Origin: Balanoglossus misakiensis
Taxonomy: Eukaryota > Animalia > Hemichordata
Direction of reading: 5' to 3'
Length of the DNA: 64,000 bases
Assembly: GCA_040954595.2 (NCBI GenBank)
Contig: CM082582.2
Span: forward strand, 1,844,303-1,908,302
Position numbers and translations under genes: made by a program. How positions within the stretch are numbered: position 1 is the first letter of the stretch; every line of letters begins with the position of its first letter. The notes below the pieces were generated by a model. The model saw only the letters and a list, made by a program, of their open reading frames with translations, searched no databases and was not told the DNA's origin. Below, piece by piece: positions 38,976 through 50,660 of this stretch.

Positions 38976-40636
38976 GAATGAATGTTTATTCAACCAGATA
39001 TAATAAATAAATAAACAAATAACAAATAAAATAAATAAGTAAATACATAAATCAATAAGCAAACAGAGTCGAACATAAGGTAAGTGCTACACAATTGCAA
39101 TTCGTCACAAATGTAAAACAAAAGAGTCTATATCTGGTTTGGACCATGGAAATAGTCCCGATGGACTAATCGAGTCCACGGCCCAGGAATTACAGTAATA
39201 AAATTACAAAATAATCACGCAGTGTTGTGAAAAAGAAAACCTATATGACATAACAGAAAAGTTTTTACATATTTAATAAATATAATTTTAAAGCTCCTTG
39301 AAAGTTACATCTCGATTTTATTTGTTTGAGGTGATACGGTAATGAATTCCAGTGTTTGACTGCAGAAAAGACAATATTATGTTGAGTAATACTAAGTCTA
39401 GCATTCGGTATTCGAAGATTGCCACAACCAGATGATCGAGTAGAATAGGTATGGGTAAAGATTTCAAAATAGTTTGAGATGTTTGTTGGGAAAATATTAT
39501 TTAATGAATCAAAGATAAATAAACAGGAAGAGTATTTACTGAGTTTCGGAAGAGTTAAAATATTTAGTTGGCGGAATAAAGGTTCGGAGTGTGCAGTGAA
39601 GTCAGAAAACGTAATAAGACGAACAGCTTTTTTCTGTAGGCGGAGAATGGGATTTAATAATGTAGTGTAAGTATTACCCCATATTTTTAGACAATACGTT
39701 AGATGCGGTAAGATGAAGGTGTTATAGATCATGATAAGAATTGACCTTGGTACAAAATGTCTGATGCGAGAAAGGACACCAATTTTGGGGCTGATTTTCA
39801 AAATAAAATTTTTCACGTGTGAATTCCAAGTAAGTGATGGGTCAATGGAAATACCAAGATAACTTGCCGATGTAACTTCCTCTATCATATGATGAGAAAG
39901 AAATATATTGCCGTGTAAGTCAATTTTCTTTTGAGGTGTTTTTATAACCATGAAATTTGTTTTGTTGACGTTAATAGTAAGTTTGTTAGCATTACACCAT
40001 ATATTTATTTTATTAAATTCACTATTGACATTATCGAGGTTGATGGTGTTGGAGTTGAACGATTTAAATACATTAGTATCATCAGCGAATAATCGAAAGT
40101 TAAAGTATTTAGTTGAATTAGCGATGTCATTAATATAAATGAGAAAAAGAGTGGGGCCAAGAATTGAGCCTTGTGGCACTCCACATTTAATTTGTTGTGG
40201 CTCGGAAGTTTTACCATCAATAACAACAGCTTGTTTACGATACTGAAAATAGCTATGAAACCATTGTAATGGTTGACCTCTAATTCCATAAAAATCGAGC
40301 TTCTGCAGAAGAATAGTGTGATCTATTGTATCAAATGCCTTTTTTAGGTCAACAAAAATACCAATAGTTGTCTGACCCTTTTCTATTTGATCCATTAGGT
40401 CAGAAATAATGTGGCCAAAGCATGCTTCGTACTATATTTTTTTCTAAAACCGTATTGTGTCTGTAAAAGTATGTCATGTTTATCTAAAAAAGAAATCAGC
40501 TGCTTATTGACTATGGTTTCAAAAACCTTACTAAAAACAGGCAATACTGAAATAGGACGATAGTTTCCTACATCAAGGGGACAACCCTTTTTGTACAATG
40601 ACGTAACTTTGGCAACTTTTAAAGGGTCTGGAAAAC
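38976..40636 (-). mobile_element. 5'-truncated non-LTR retrotransposon (CR1 group, L2/Crack-like)
   Basis: RT motifs NYRPISVL, QYGFR, DLKKAFD, GVPQGSILGP, FADDT. 1-bp frameshift near 40410. ORF ends at 39265, and the 3' UTR ends AATAAA-CATTCATTC. Possible 3-bp duplication ACA. Confidence 0.92.
39265..40636 (-). pseudogene. LINE ORF2 RT and C-terminal fragment
   Basis: ORF-track entries 40395..40667 and 39265..40395 join across a single frameshift. No endonuclease domain. Confidence 0.9.
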
Positions 40637-40954
40637 TGTCCGTGCTGACACTTCGTTTGGGTGGCATGACGTGTACAACTCACGTTGCGACGCTAACACA
40701 AAGTTAGTCTTCCAAATGTCTTCAGACGTACTAAAAACTGCTAAACTCGAACCACGTTCGAGCGACAAAAACAAATATTATCACCGAATTTTACCTTGAC
40801 CAACTCGGCTGAACGAAGTTACAAAAATAATCGCAAAATTGAGCCAGACGAGAACACAACGTGTTTCGCTGGCGTAGGTCAACAGTGCAACTGAAGTTAC
40901 TCATGCGCAGTGCATATCCCATGTGGTTCCTTGAGTGTGATGACGTAATAGAAT

Positions 40955-42181
40955 TGTTCACATTGACTTCATAAATGATCTGTGTCCATTCTTGCATTCA
41001 TGTCCATGTACGTGATGTGTCGATAGACATATTGTGACCAGACAAATTATTACAACTGTGGTATTCTGTTTACAATGTACTGACTTCAAGTAAAGTTGTT
41101 CACATTGACTTCATAAATGTTCTGTGTCCATTCTTGCATTCATGTCTATGTACGTGATGTGTCTATAGACATATTGTGACCAGACAAATTATTACAACTC
41201 TGGTATTCTGTTTACAATGTACTGACTTCAAGTAAAGTTGTTCACATTTTCTTCATAAATGATCTGTGTCCATGCTTGCAGTCATGTCCATGTACGTGAT
41301 GTGTCTATAGACATATTGTGACCAGACAAATTATTACAACTCTGGTATTTTGTGTACAATTTACTGACTTCAAGTAAAGTTGTCCACATTGACTTCATAA
41401 ATGATCTGTGTCCATTCTTGCATTCATGTCCATGTACGTGATGTGTCTATAGAAATATTGTGACCAGACAAATTATTACAACTCTTGTATTCTGTTTACA
41501 ATGTACTAACATGAAGTAAAGTTGTTCACATTGACTTCATAAATGATTTGTGTCCATTCTTGCATTCATGTCCATGTACGTGATGTGTCTATAGACATAT
41601 TGTGACCAGACAAATTATTACAACTGTGATATTCTGTTTACAATTTACTGACTTCAAGTAAAGTTGTCCACATTGACTTCATAAATGATCTGTGTCCATT
41701 CTTGCATTCATGTCCATGTACGTGATGTGTCTATAGACATATTGTGACCAGACAAATTATTACAACTCTGGTATTCTGTTTACAATGTACTAACATGAAG
41801 TAAAGTTGTTCAAATTGACTTCATAAATGATTTGTGTCCATTCTTACATTCATGTCCATGTACGTGATGTGTCTATTGACATATTGTGACCAGACAAATT
41901 ATTACAACTCTGGTATTCTGTTTACAATGTACTGACTTCAAGTAAAGTTGTTCAAATTGACTTCATAAATGATTTGTGTCCATTCTTACATTCATGTCCA
42001 TGTACGTGATGTGTCTATTGACATATTGTGACCAGACAAATTATTACAACTCTTGTATCCTGTTTACAATTTACTGACTTCAAGTAAAGTTGTTCACTTT
42101 GACTTCGTAAATGATCTGTGTCCATTCTTGCATTCAGGTCCATGTATGTGATGTGTCTATAGACATATTGTGATCAGACAA
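40955..42181 (+). repeat. 142-bp satellite array, block 4 (more diverged monomers)
   Basis: Same monomer with several private substitutions. Confidence 0.98.
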
Positions 42182-42193
42182 CACTATACCAAA

Positions 42194-43904
42194 TGGCTAA
42201 TTTGCCTCCCTTTGCCAGGGTGGGTAAAGTGCGGTTAAATATATGGGGGTACCTTTGACCAGGTGTATGTATTACTGTATATTTCCTTTGTTTCCCAGCA
42301 GTTACAAGATATGCCCAAACTTGTAACTTTAACCCTGTTTTACCTCATGATGACAAAGAAATACACTCAACTGTTCATCGCTTTTGACCTGGGGTCACAG
42401 GAAAATGAAGTACCTCTTTTGTCTTAATTATTCACCCCCCTTGCATTGTGACAAAGGCTCTTGTTTGACACCAGTGTAAAAGCAAGTAGTTTACACATTC
42501 TTTGTTAGTACGTCATAGTAGAGTTCAGATAAAACTTTTCCAACCCAAATAAAGTTGTTATTTTGAAATACTTTGACGGTAAGAAAACGTAGAGAAAATT
42601 TAGTCCTGTTTTCCATTGTGAAAATGGCTCCTTATATTGAAGTTTACCCGGGCGATAAAGGTGTGCGTATTTGATGAAACATCATAGTGACAAACAATAA
42701 AGTTTCCATATTGTTTACTGAGGTTATCAAAGGATTGATAAATGACATGCAACATCACTCTGTAATAATTGGCTAATTTACCTCTCTTTGCCTGGGTGGG
42801 TAAAGTGCGGTTAAATATATGGGGGTACCTTTGACCTGGTGTAGGTATTACTGTATATTTCCTTTGTTTCCCCGCAGTTACAAGATATGCCCAAACTTGT
42901 AACTTTAACCCTGTTTTACCTCATGATGACAAAGAAATACACTCAACTGTTCATCGCTTTTGACCTGGGGTCACAGGAAAATGAAGTACCTCTTTTGTCT
43001 TAATTATTCACCCCCCTTGCATTGTGACAAAGGCTCTTGTTTGACACCAGTGTAAAAGCAAGTAGTTTACACATTCTTTGTTAGTACGTCATAGTAGAGT
43101 TCAGATAAAACTTTTCCAACCCAAATAAAGTTGTTATTTTGAAATACTTAGTCGGTAAGAAAACGTAGAGTTAAATTCAGTCCTGTTTTCCATTGTGAAA
43201 ATGGCTCCTTATATTGAAGTTTACCCGGGCGATAAAGGTGTGCGTATTTGATGAAACATCATAGTGACGAACAATAAAGTTTCCATATTGTTTACTGAGG
43301 TAATCAAAGGATTGATAAACGACATGCAACACCACTCTGTAATAATTGGCTAATTTACCTCTCTTTGCCTGGGTGGGTAAAGTGCGGTTAAATATATGGG
43401 GGTAACTTTGACCTGGTGTAGGTATTACTGTATATTTCCTTTGTTTCCCCGCAGTTACAAGATATGCCCAAACTTGTAACTTTAACCCTGTTTTACCTCA
43501 TGATGACAAAGAAATACACTCAACTGTTCATCGCTTTTGACCTGGGGTCACAGGAAAATGAAGTACCTCTTTTGTCTTAATTATTCACCCCCCTTGCATT
43601 GTGACAAAGGCTCTTGTTTGACACCAGTGTAAAAGCAAGTAGTTTACACATTCTTTGTTAGTACGTCATAGTAGAGTTCAGATAAAACTTTTCCAACCCA
43701 AATAAAGTTGTTATTTTGAAATACTTTGACGGTAAGAAAACGTAGAGAAAATTTAGTCCTGTTTTCCATTGTGAAAATGGCTCCTTATATTGAAGTTTAC
43801 CCGGGCGATAAAGGTGTGCGTATTTGATGAAACATCATAGTGACAAACAATAAAGTTTCCATATTGTTTACTGAGGTTATCAAAGGATTGATAAATGACA
43901 TGCA
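42194..43904. repeat. Subterminal tandem repeat, ~576 bp x ~3
   Basis: TGGCTAATTT recurs at 42194, 42770 and 43347. Units are near-identical. Confidence 0.97.
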
Positions 43905-44632
43905 GTAAAATAGTGACATGACAAAAGATTTGGTGTCAAACGTTCCACCATCCAGCAAGCTTTTGTCACCTGCAAGAAGCCATTGACTGAGATAGGAGAC
44001 AGTCATTGCGTCTTGAACTGTTTATGTGCATTTCTGCTTTTCTTCCTATCTTCAATCTTGCTGGTATTTTTGCGTCAAACTTTGTCATGTAGTACAACGA
44101 AAAGCTGGTGAGCAGTTACTAGTCGTGAATTTTGTATTCGGGCAGATTTTATTTTCACCAACGAGCAGTCGCACACTTGTACTCGTTTTGCGATTAATCG
44201 CACGATGATCCGTTTTTGACTTTCCTCGACTCATACAACAGGTCACATTGACCCTTTTCGGTGGTGCCTGTCTTTGCGTCCACCACAGCATGTGGACTTA
44301 TTCATGTAAATAAATAATAATTGGAGTGATAAAACAAATTTTGTGGTCTACAAACGTACTCCTCCCTTTCTCTTAGGGTCACGACGTTACTTCCGGTTTG
44401 AACCTAGCAGTGTCACGCGTGTCGCTTTCTGTGCGCAATCGACTTATGTTTCGTAGGTTATGTAAAGGAAACTCTGTTTGAACGAAAAAGCAATCCAATT
44501 TTTATAAGTTAACTGTCTTAGCATCTTTCTATGAGGAAAGTACTATCGATTTTGTTCCGAGTCGTGATTTTTTTGGGGTGTTTTTTCACTCCGTATGTCA
44601 GCTGGCATCATGGCGTACGGTTGCCAACGATC

Positions 44633-44710
44633 CAGCTCTGCGTATAGGTCTGTGTGTTCCCGGTGCAGGCCATGCAACGCCGGGAACACACAGACCTGTA
44701 CGCAGGGTTA
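44633..44710. mobile_element. 78-bp hairpin mini-transposon with 9-bp TSD
   Basis: TSD CCAACGATC at 44624-44632 and 44711-44719. Arms CTGCGTATAGGTCTGTGTGTTCCCGG / CCGGGAACACACAGACCTGTACGCAG. Confidence 0.85.
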
Positions 44711-45946
44711 CCAACGATCGTACTCGGGCGACGTAGTTTTAAGTTTAATAGCAGGCAGACTAAAACAGTGAGCGCACATCTTTGCTATGTGTATATTTTG
44801 AAAGACTAATATGTAATGTACCTGAAATTGCATGGGAGCCCCAAAGCGCAACTTTTATTTTATCGATTTCACTGTATTTAGAAACTGTACTATCTCATAG
44901 GCACCTAACACATCCCTATCGTATCCGTATGTGAAGGCCGTGGTGAGTGCAACTTACTACATTGTACATGTATTTACAAAGTAGGCCTACATACATGTAT
45001 TTCTTGTACTCCTTGTGCGTTAAATAAAAAAAGTCTTTTGGTTTTCGTTTATTTGGGGTTAGGTATGGGATTTTTTAAATACTGTACATATTTGAGAAGA
45101 AAACTGCGCTGTAATAGAACGAATCGAAAAGCTGCAACGGTATGTTGGCCTACGGTAAAGCTTTTCACGCTCGGCGGCCATCATGCAGCAACGCCCCGTC
45201 GACGTATGCGCATAGCCCCGCGGCCAGTACATCGATCATTGCGAAATTTACGATTGCTACCAAATAGACGATTAAAACGTCAAGCGCCCCAAAATTATCA
45301 CAGAGAACGAACTTGTTACCAATTTGTGCACAACTAAATGCCCGGTATCCCAAAAATCGAAAATTTCCTACAGAAAAGGTTCAAGGAAAGTGATCGGCCA
45401 CACACATCAAAAGTGTGTACTCGAGGCTAGCCAGAAGTCAAATGAAAGGTTACTTATGTTGGAACTCCCATGGTGCTTTGCGCGTTACCCTCCCCATCTT
45501 GATCACTCCATGGCCCCCATATTGCATGGCACAAACACCTGTCGCAAAGTTCCCATTTTTAAGAATGCGCCTGGTGCAGAAGCTGATGCAGAGTACCATG
45601 TTTGACCCTTTTTCATACCTCAATGGACTTGCAACCCCACCCCATTCAAAGTCATCTCCATTCATTGGGTTGGTTTTTCCAGTTGTTTAATTTATTTTTT
45701 CCAGACATCAGCTGAATTTGCAACTAACCTTTATGTACGAACACACAAACACAAGAAAACCATAACAAAGTAAATGTCAGTATAACATTAGATAACCATT
45801 TATTTCAAACGGAAAAGACAAGAATTTACATGGCAAATTGCTTTTACTTTCTTTACAATTAATTTACACATTTGAGTAAAATCACCTCTATACATGTTTA
45901 ATTTGACTGCAGAAAAACACTGCAAAGGTTACTCATTTCATTGTTT

Positions 45947-48919
45947 CTACATGTAGAGCTTTACTGGATGTGGAATGACACACATCACTTTCTCCCTGTT
46001 TATTGTATCAAAACCTGCTATGAATTTACTATGAATCTTATGGACTGGAATAAAAGATGCAGGGCCAGACATTTCATAGGCACTCCTGCACCAAACCTCC
46101 ACTGGTTCACCATAGTAATCTCTTTTGTGGTGTTGCTGAAACCATCGTACCTTTGCTGAAATAAACACTTCTGATTTACCATCGACAGTTATACACTGTG
46201 AAAAGTAGTACTCAACAATGCCTGGTCTAAGTGGGCCATTGTTAAAATCAATTCTGCCACCCACTGCACACCACCGTGCTAAAACAAGTGAATATCTCCT
46301 GTAACGTGTGTCTTCAGAACCTAATACATCATTGGCTACTTTAACTGCTACAAATCGCTTTATATAACCACTCACAGTTTCCAGGACAGTTTCTCCAAGC
46401 ACTACCCTATACATCTCTCTAAGATTGTTGACCCATGATTGTTCCAGGAAGTCCATACAAATAGGTCCAACCATGTTGAATAAATGCATTGTTTTCAGTG
46501 CATTTGACACATTAAAATCAGTGTGTCCCATTGACATCTTACCTAGTAACATCACTGTATCTTCATTGTCAATATCTCTTTGAGTATGAAATTGACTTTC
46601 CTGACAAGATTGTGGAAAATACGAGTTGAAATCCTGGTAATCTGCTGGTTTCAGCATATTATGTAAACACTGTTCATTCAGAAATTTCCGCATAATTTGT
46701 ATCTCAATAGATCTATGATTAGCACAATAATCGGAAAGTATTCCATTATAACGTTCATATGGAAAGGTCCAGAAAGAATAAACTGGTCCATAATCTAAAA
46801 TGCAATCAACTAAATGGGTGTGGTAGTGCATATTTGGTGTCACTTTTTCTGAGCCATATATCTTTTCAAATTGGCGACAGAACTGCATTAAGTAAGAATG
46901 GCCTTTCGCAACATTGCTTAAAGTTATCACAGGAGCACACAGAAGTCGACAAGCCATGACAAAAAAGCGCCACATCTCCATCTCTTTTGTAGATAAAATG
47001 CCTTTCAGAGAAAATACTGAAAAAAGAGTGATCCAGTGTTTCCATTGATCAGCAGTAAACCCACCAAAATTTGACGCAATTTTTAAAGGCATTCTTCCCA
47101 TATCTGAAGGAACTTTGGTGCTGTCAATCTTTTGTTGGATGATTTCAAGTTGAGACTTTGTTATCTTCGGTTTGTCCTTGTTTAGCCATACATTTTTCAT
47201 TATGTACTTGCCAGTTCCCAGAAACAAATTGTGAAGGGGGTCAATCACATGAAATTTTACACAGTCAAAGTAGCTTAGTTTCATTAATGATGTATACCGT
47301 ACACCATACCTTGACACAAGTGAATCCCTATCTTTTTTCGACATTTGTTGTTCAGTCTCTTCTGCTTGTTTACGATGACGTGCATTGTGTCTGTTATTTG
47401 CTGGTTTAAAACCACCACAGTTAATTTTATCCCCAAAGCTTCCAGTGATAAACTCCTTCTCACATTTAGAGCACCCCTTTTTGGCCATATGCCCAACAAA
47501 ACCACACAATTTTCTTGTTGCGGGAACATCTGATACAACATTAATCAAGGCAGCATGAACTTTGCATACCATCTGTTTTCCAGACTCTATTATAGAACAT
47601 GATAATCCTTCATGCCACAGCAATTTTAGTTCTTCAATCAAAGGTTCAAGGAATGAGTTAATATTCAATGTAGGTTCCCGTGGACCAGGTAATAACCCAA
47701 CAAGAATCACATTTTCTTTCTTGTACCTTTCTGCTCGTGGCAGATTAAGAATAATCAAATACAATGCTCCAACACTGTATGGGAGATGTTTGAATGGACA
47801 AAACCAATCTAAATTCAATTGCAGTGCATAATTTTTGGGAGCACTTAAGAATGGTCGGCCCTCTACACTTTGAAACTCCTTCCAAATTCTCCCATCATAA
47901 ACATCAGCCAAAACACCAGGGGATGGTTTGCGATTTCGCCACAATTCACATTTTTCAACAAAACCATTCCGTTTGACAAGGTCTGACAATGATTGCAGGA
48001 CAGATTTGAAACAGTAAACTTTAAATGGGTACAAACGTTTCTTATTTCCTTGGATTTCTACCTCTTTCAGTAGAGGTGCTCCACATGGCTGCCTAAACTT
48101 TTTCTGTTTATGCGCAGGAAATTCTTGAAATTTGCACTTAACAGGTATGTTTTGACTTCCAACTTTTTTATAACAATCATCAAACTTGTAAACCGAACTG
48201 CATTTTTGACAAACAACAAATTTTATGAATTTGTCTTCATTTAACCCCATTCTTTTTTTCAGTTTGTATAGACTCACTGGCAAAAGAACAGAAAAGGCAG
48301 CCATGCAAGGGAATATTTGCCCAAGAAAACAGAACATCATTCTGAAAAAACCAAGTATCAATAACATGCATGTCTCTGTCAAATTGTGGAAATACCATAG
48401 ATAAGATAAAAACAGACAGAACCAATTGGCAAGTGTCAAAAGCCGTGGGTCATGTGACTCATCTTCTAAAACATCAGTAAAGAGATTTGATGAGTTCAAT
48501 TGTTCTACAAAATCTTCATTCAGTTCATTGTCCTGAACAGTGTCCCAAATCTCAAAACTACTTTGATTGCTCAAGGAATCCCTCTCCTCTTCCTCACTAG
48601 GCTCACAGAAATATGCTTGATCTTCATCTTCTAAGGTTTCCAAGAAAGCATTGATGTTCTCTTCTTGAGTTGGCCTTTCTGGGTTCTCTTCCATCCCAGG
48701 GTCCACGCTATGACAGTCAAAGATGTTGTGGTCACCATTGTTGGTGATATCACATAAAATATCACCAACATCAAGTGAATCATCTTCTTCTTGTTTAATA
48801 TCACCAACCGTTGTCCAACTGTTGGAAATTTCATTGAAGAACTGCCTACGGTGCCGCTTGTAGACTTTTGACACCAACTCCTCATCACAGTGCGGACAGT
48901 GTTTCCTTTTAGCATCCAT
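45947..48919 (-). CDS. EnSpm/CACTA (TnpD/Tnp2-type) transposase, ~990 aa, uninterrupted
   Basis: DVYDGRIW, LNLDWFCPF, YSVGALYL.ILNLP..ER.K.EN.IL.G..PGP.EP, SDVPATRK.CGF.GH...GCSKC, IDPLHNLFLG, FTADQWK, TPNMH...HL, FPYERYNG. First ATG at 48919 lies just after an apparent splice acceptor. AATAAA at 45804-45799. Confidence 0.93.
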   Translation of the reverse strand: MDAKRKHCPHCDEELVSKVYKRHRRQFFNEISNSWTTVGDIKQEEDDSLDVGDILCDITNNGDHNIFDCHSVDPGMEENPERPTQEENINAFLETLEDEDQAYFCEPSEEEERDSLSNQSSFEIWDTVQDNELNEDFVEQLNSSNLFTDVLEDESHDPRLLTLANWFCLFLSYLWYFHNLTETCMLLILGFFRMMFCFLGQIFPCMAAFSVLLPVSLYKLKKRMGLNEDKFIKFVVCQKCSSVYKFDDCYKKVGSQNIPVKCKFQEFPAHKQKKFRQPCGAPLLKEVEIQGNKKRLYPFKVYCFKSVLQSLSDLVKRNGFVEKCELWRNRKPSPGVLADVYDGRIWKEFQSVEGRPFLSAPKNYALQLNLDWFCPFKHLPYSVGALYLIILNLPRAERYKKENVILVGLLPGPREPTLNINSFLEPLIEELKLLWHEGLSCSIIESGKQMVCKVHAALINVVSDVPATRKLCGFVGHMAKKGCSKCEKEFITGSFGDKINCGGFKPANNRHNARHRKQAEETEQQMSKKDRDSLVSRYGVRYTSLMKLSYFDCVKFHVIDPLHNLFLGTGKYIMKNVWLNKDKPKITKSQLEIIQQKIDSTKVPSDMGRMPLKIASNFGGFTADQWKHWITLFSVFSLKGILSTKEMEMWRFFVMACRLLCAPVITLSNVAKGHSYLMQFCRQFEKIYGSEKVTPNMHYHTHLVDCILDYGPVYSFWTFPYERYNGILSDYCANHRSIEIQIMRKFLNEQCLHNMLKPADYQDFNSYFPQSCQESQFHTQRDIDNEDTVMLLGKMSMGHTDFNVSNALKTMHLFNMVGPICMDFLEQSWVNNLREMYRVVLGETVLETVSGYIKRFVAVKVANDVLGSEDTRYRRYSLVLARWCAVGGRIDFNNGPLRPGIVEYYFSQCITVDGKSEVFISAKVRWFQQHHKRDYYGEPVEVWCRSAYEMSGPASFIPVHKIHSKFIAGFDTINREKVMCVIPHPVKLYM

Positions 48920-49639
48920 TTGATCACTATACAAGAGAAAAATATTAAAGTGAGTTTAACACACTGATACTAAGTATAACTTTCACCATATTTTGGACAC
49001 ACTTTCTCGCAAATAAATATACGTATGCCAGATTTCATTATAAGCTGACAATTCATATAAATCCTTCGTAGCAGGGAAAAGAGTCTGCAAGATTTCAATG
49101 AAAATCAAACAGTAACAGTGCCTTGTGTGAGCAAAGCAGAGACTACACTAAATAAGGGCTTCCTGCCATGCTTGATGTCAACTTATAAGTTAAGAGTGAA
49201 ATGTGCACTATGCCAAAATTAATCACAGTTTTCCTGTAACAATAAATATGGATATCAAAACCACAAACAACACAGATCCATTATATTCAATGATAAAATA
49301 CGAATTGTGTCTAAATATGACTTTTAACATACATTTGTGATGAAAAATGGCATGGTTTAGGTTCTGTGGGTGCTGACAGAGAGACCGTTAACATTTAATT
49401 AAAGAGGACTATCTCAATCCTGTGCTCTGAAATACCCTACAAAAGAGTCCCACACGCAAATACTGTCGCCTCCATACAGCTATTTGATAAACACCCTACC
49501 CTAAATGGTGAATGCACATATTTGAATCCTTACAAATATATCATAATGCAACCCACTAAACAGACAGGAAAGGGATTCACTTCACTTTGATATGACAGTC
49601 CCTGGTCTTTACATAACATGGCAAGATTTGGCTTGAAAA

Positions 49640-50310
49640 TAATCATGCTACAAGATTCATGAACAACGTTGCAGGATGCCTAATTATTTGTGGCTGCTCA
49701 AGCCCAACACATAACATATCTGAATTTCTAGACCATTTCAAAGCAACCATCAGGAAACAAGAGACCACAAAATGCAATCCTGGTTACATTAGATGCTGTA
49801 CCAATGTATACCACCAACACAATGCACAGCGAAGCCATACAAAAGCATGCAACAAAGCATGATTACATAATAACAAAGCCTCCAACAGAATACATGCTTG
49901 CACTTCACTGAAAGGCAAACAAAAGACCCACAATAGCAACAACATATATGTCTTTGTACAAACAATATATAGCCAATACATCAAGATGACATACCAAACA
50001 AGCACGTCACTCTTAAAACATTGGAGGGAACTGAGAAAGATGAAACACCTTAACTCATCCTCTTGGCAATCTATCATGTATAACTCATCAACAAAAATAC
50101 TAGAGATACTCTAGTTAAAGCAAGACTTAACAAACAAATAAGCAACAGCGAGGAAAAAGCTTCCTAAATGCAAATGCTAACAGATAAAAACATAAATATT
50201 CTAACATCACTGAACAAAACCAAATTATAACATGAAAATCGTCTTTCATGTTTTCACATGCGACTGATGAAGGAATGACTCAGGAATCCAAAACAATAGC
50301 GTCAAAGGGT
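49640..50310 (+). pseudogene. Decayed Penelope-like retroelement fragment
   Basis: Fragments KIH.., G.LIICGCSSPTHNISEFLDHF, TLDAVPMYT, LLKHW and KNTRDTLVKARL match my recollection of PLE RT motifs. A CTGATGA...AAAC..GTC relic lies downstream. Confidence 0.6.
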
Positions 50311-50439
50311 GACTGTGTCTATGACATAACCGACCCAGATTCGTATCGCCATGGTAATTTTCTTACACCAAAAGCCAACACACCAATGACACAACAGAAC
50401 CAAAAAATACATGAGTTGACAATACTACAGAGCATCGAA

Positions 50440-50660
50440 ACACACAACATACAAATTGAATGGTCAATGTGTGCAGCCACTTTCCCTTTATTTCCCTAAT
50501 TCCTCAGTTTTCCTTGCTCATAATGTGTTTTTTGTCATTTGACACCTTTCAGGTGTTAGCACAGATCACAGGAAGCCATCCATACTTTCCTACTGTGCAA
50601 TAAGTACAAATGAAGGGAAAGTGGCTGCACACATCGACCATTCATTTTGTTTGTCCTGCG
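50440..50660. repeat. Inverted-repeat (MITE-like) hairpin
   Basis: TGGTCAATGTGTGCAGCCACTTTCCCTTTATTT (50461-50493) pairs with AAATGAAGGGAAAGTGGCTGCACACATCGACCA (50608-50640). Outer limits are approximate. Confidence 0.7.

Larger units (their letters stand above)
37825..40667 (-). pseudogene. DIRS gag-like ORF1 interrupted after codon 10 by a LINE
   Basis: MPPKRSVSTD (40667-40638) joins in frame to IASKDAGG...SRSSVD... (38973-37825). RPENC..L...VN..IW and LFGDD blocks plus an RG-rich tail are typical of DIRS ORF1. Confidence 0.85.
34226..40954 (-). mobile_element. DIRS1-like tyrosine-recombinase retrotransposon, inactivated by nested insertions and frameshifts
   Basis: gag, RT, RNaseH+methyltransferase and YR ORFs on the - strand. 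Imperfect ITRs at ~34274-34340 and 40891-40954, right extension ~34226-34273, ICR 34401-34518. AAT (ATT on element strand) is present at both junctions and in the ICR. Confidence 0.95.

Noticed and set aside
40395-40667. Standalone 90-aa gene
   Set aside because: Chimera of the DIRS gag start and a frameshifted LINE RT fragment.
45038-45690. Cluster of 60-100-aa ORFs as a third transposon gene
   Set aside because: No recognisable motifs or coherent splice model, and several starts are non-ATG.
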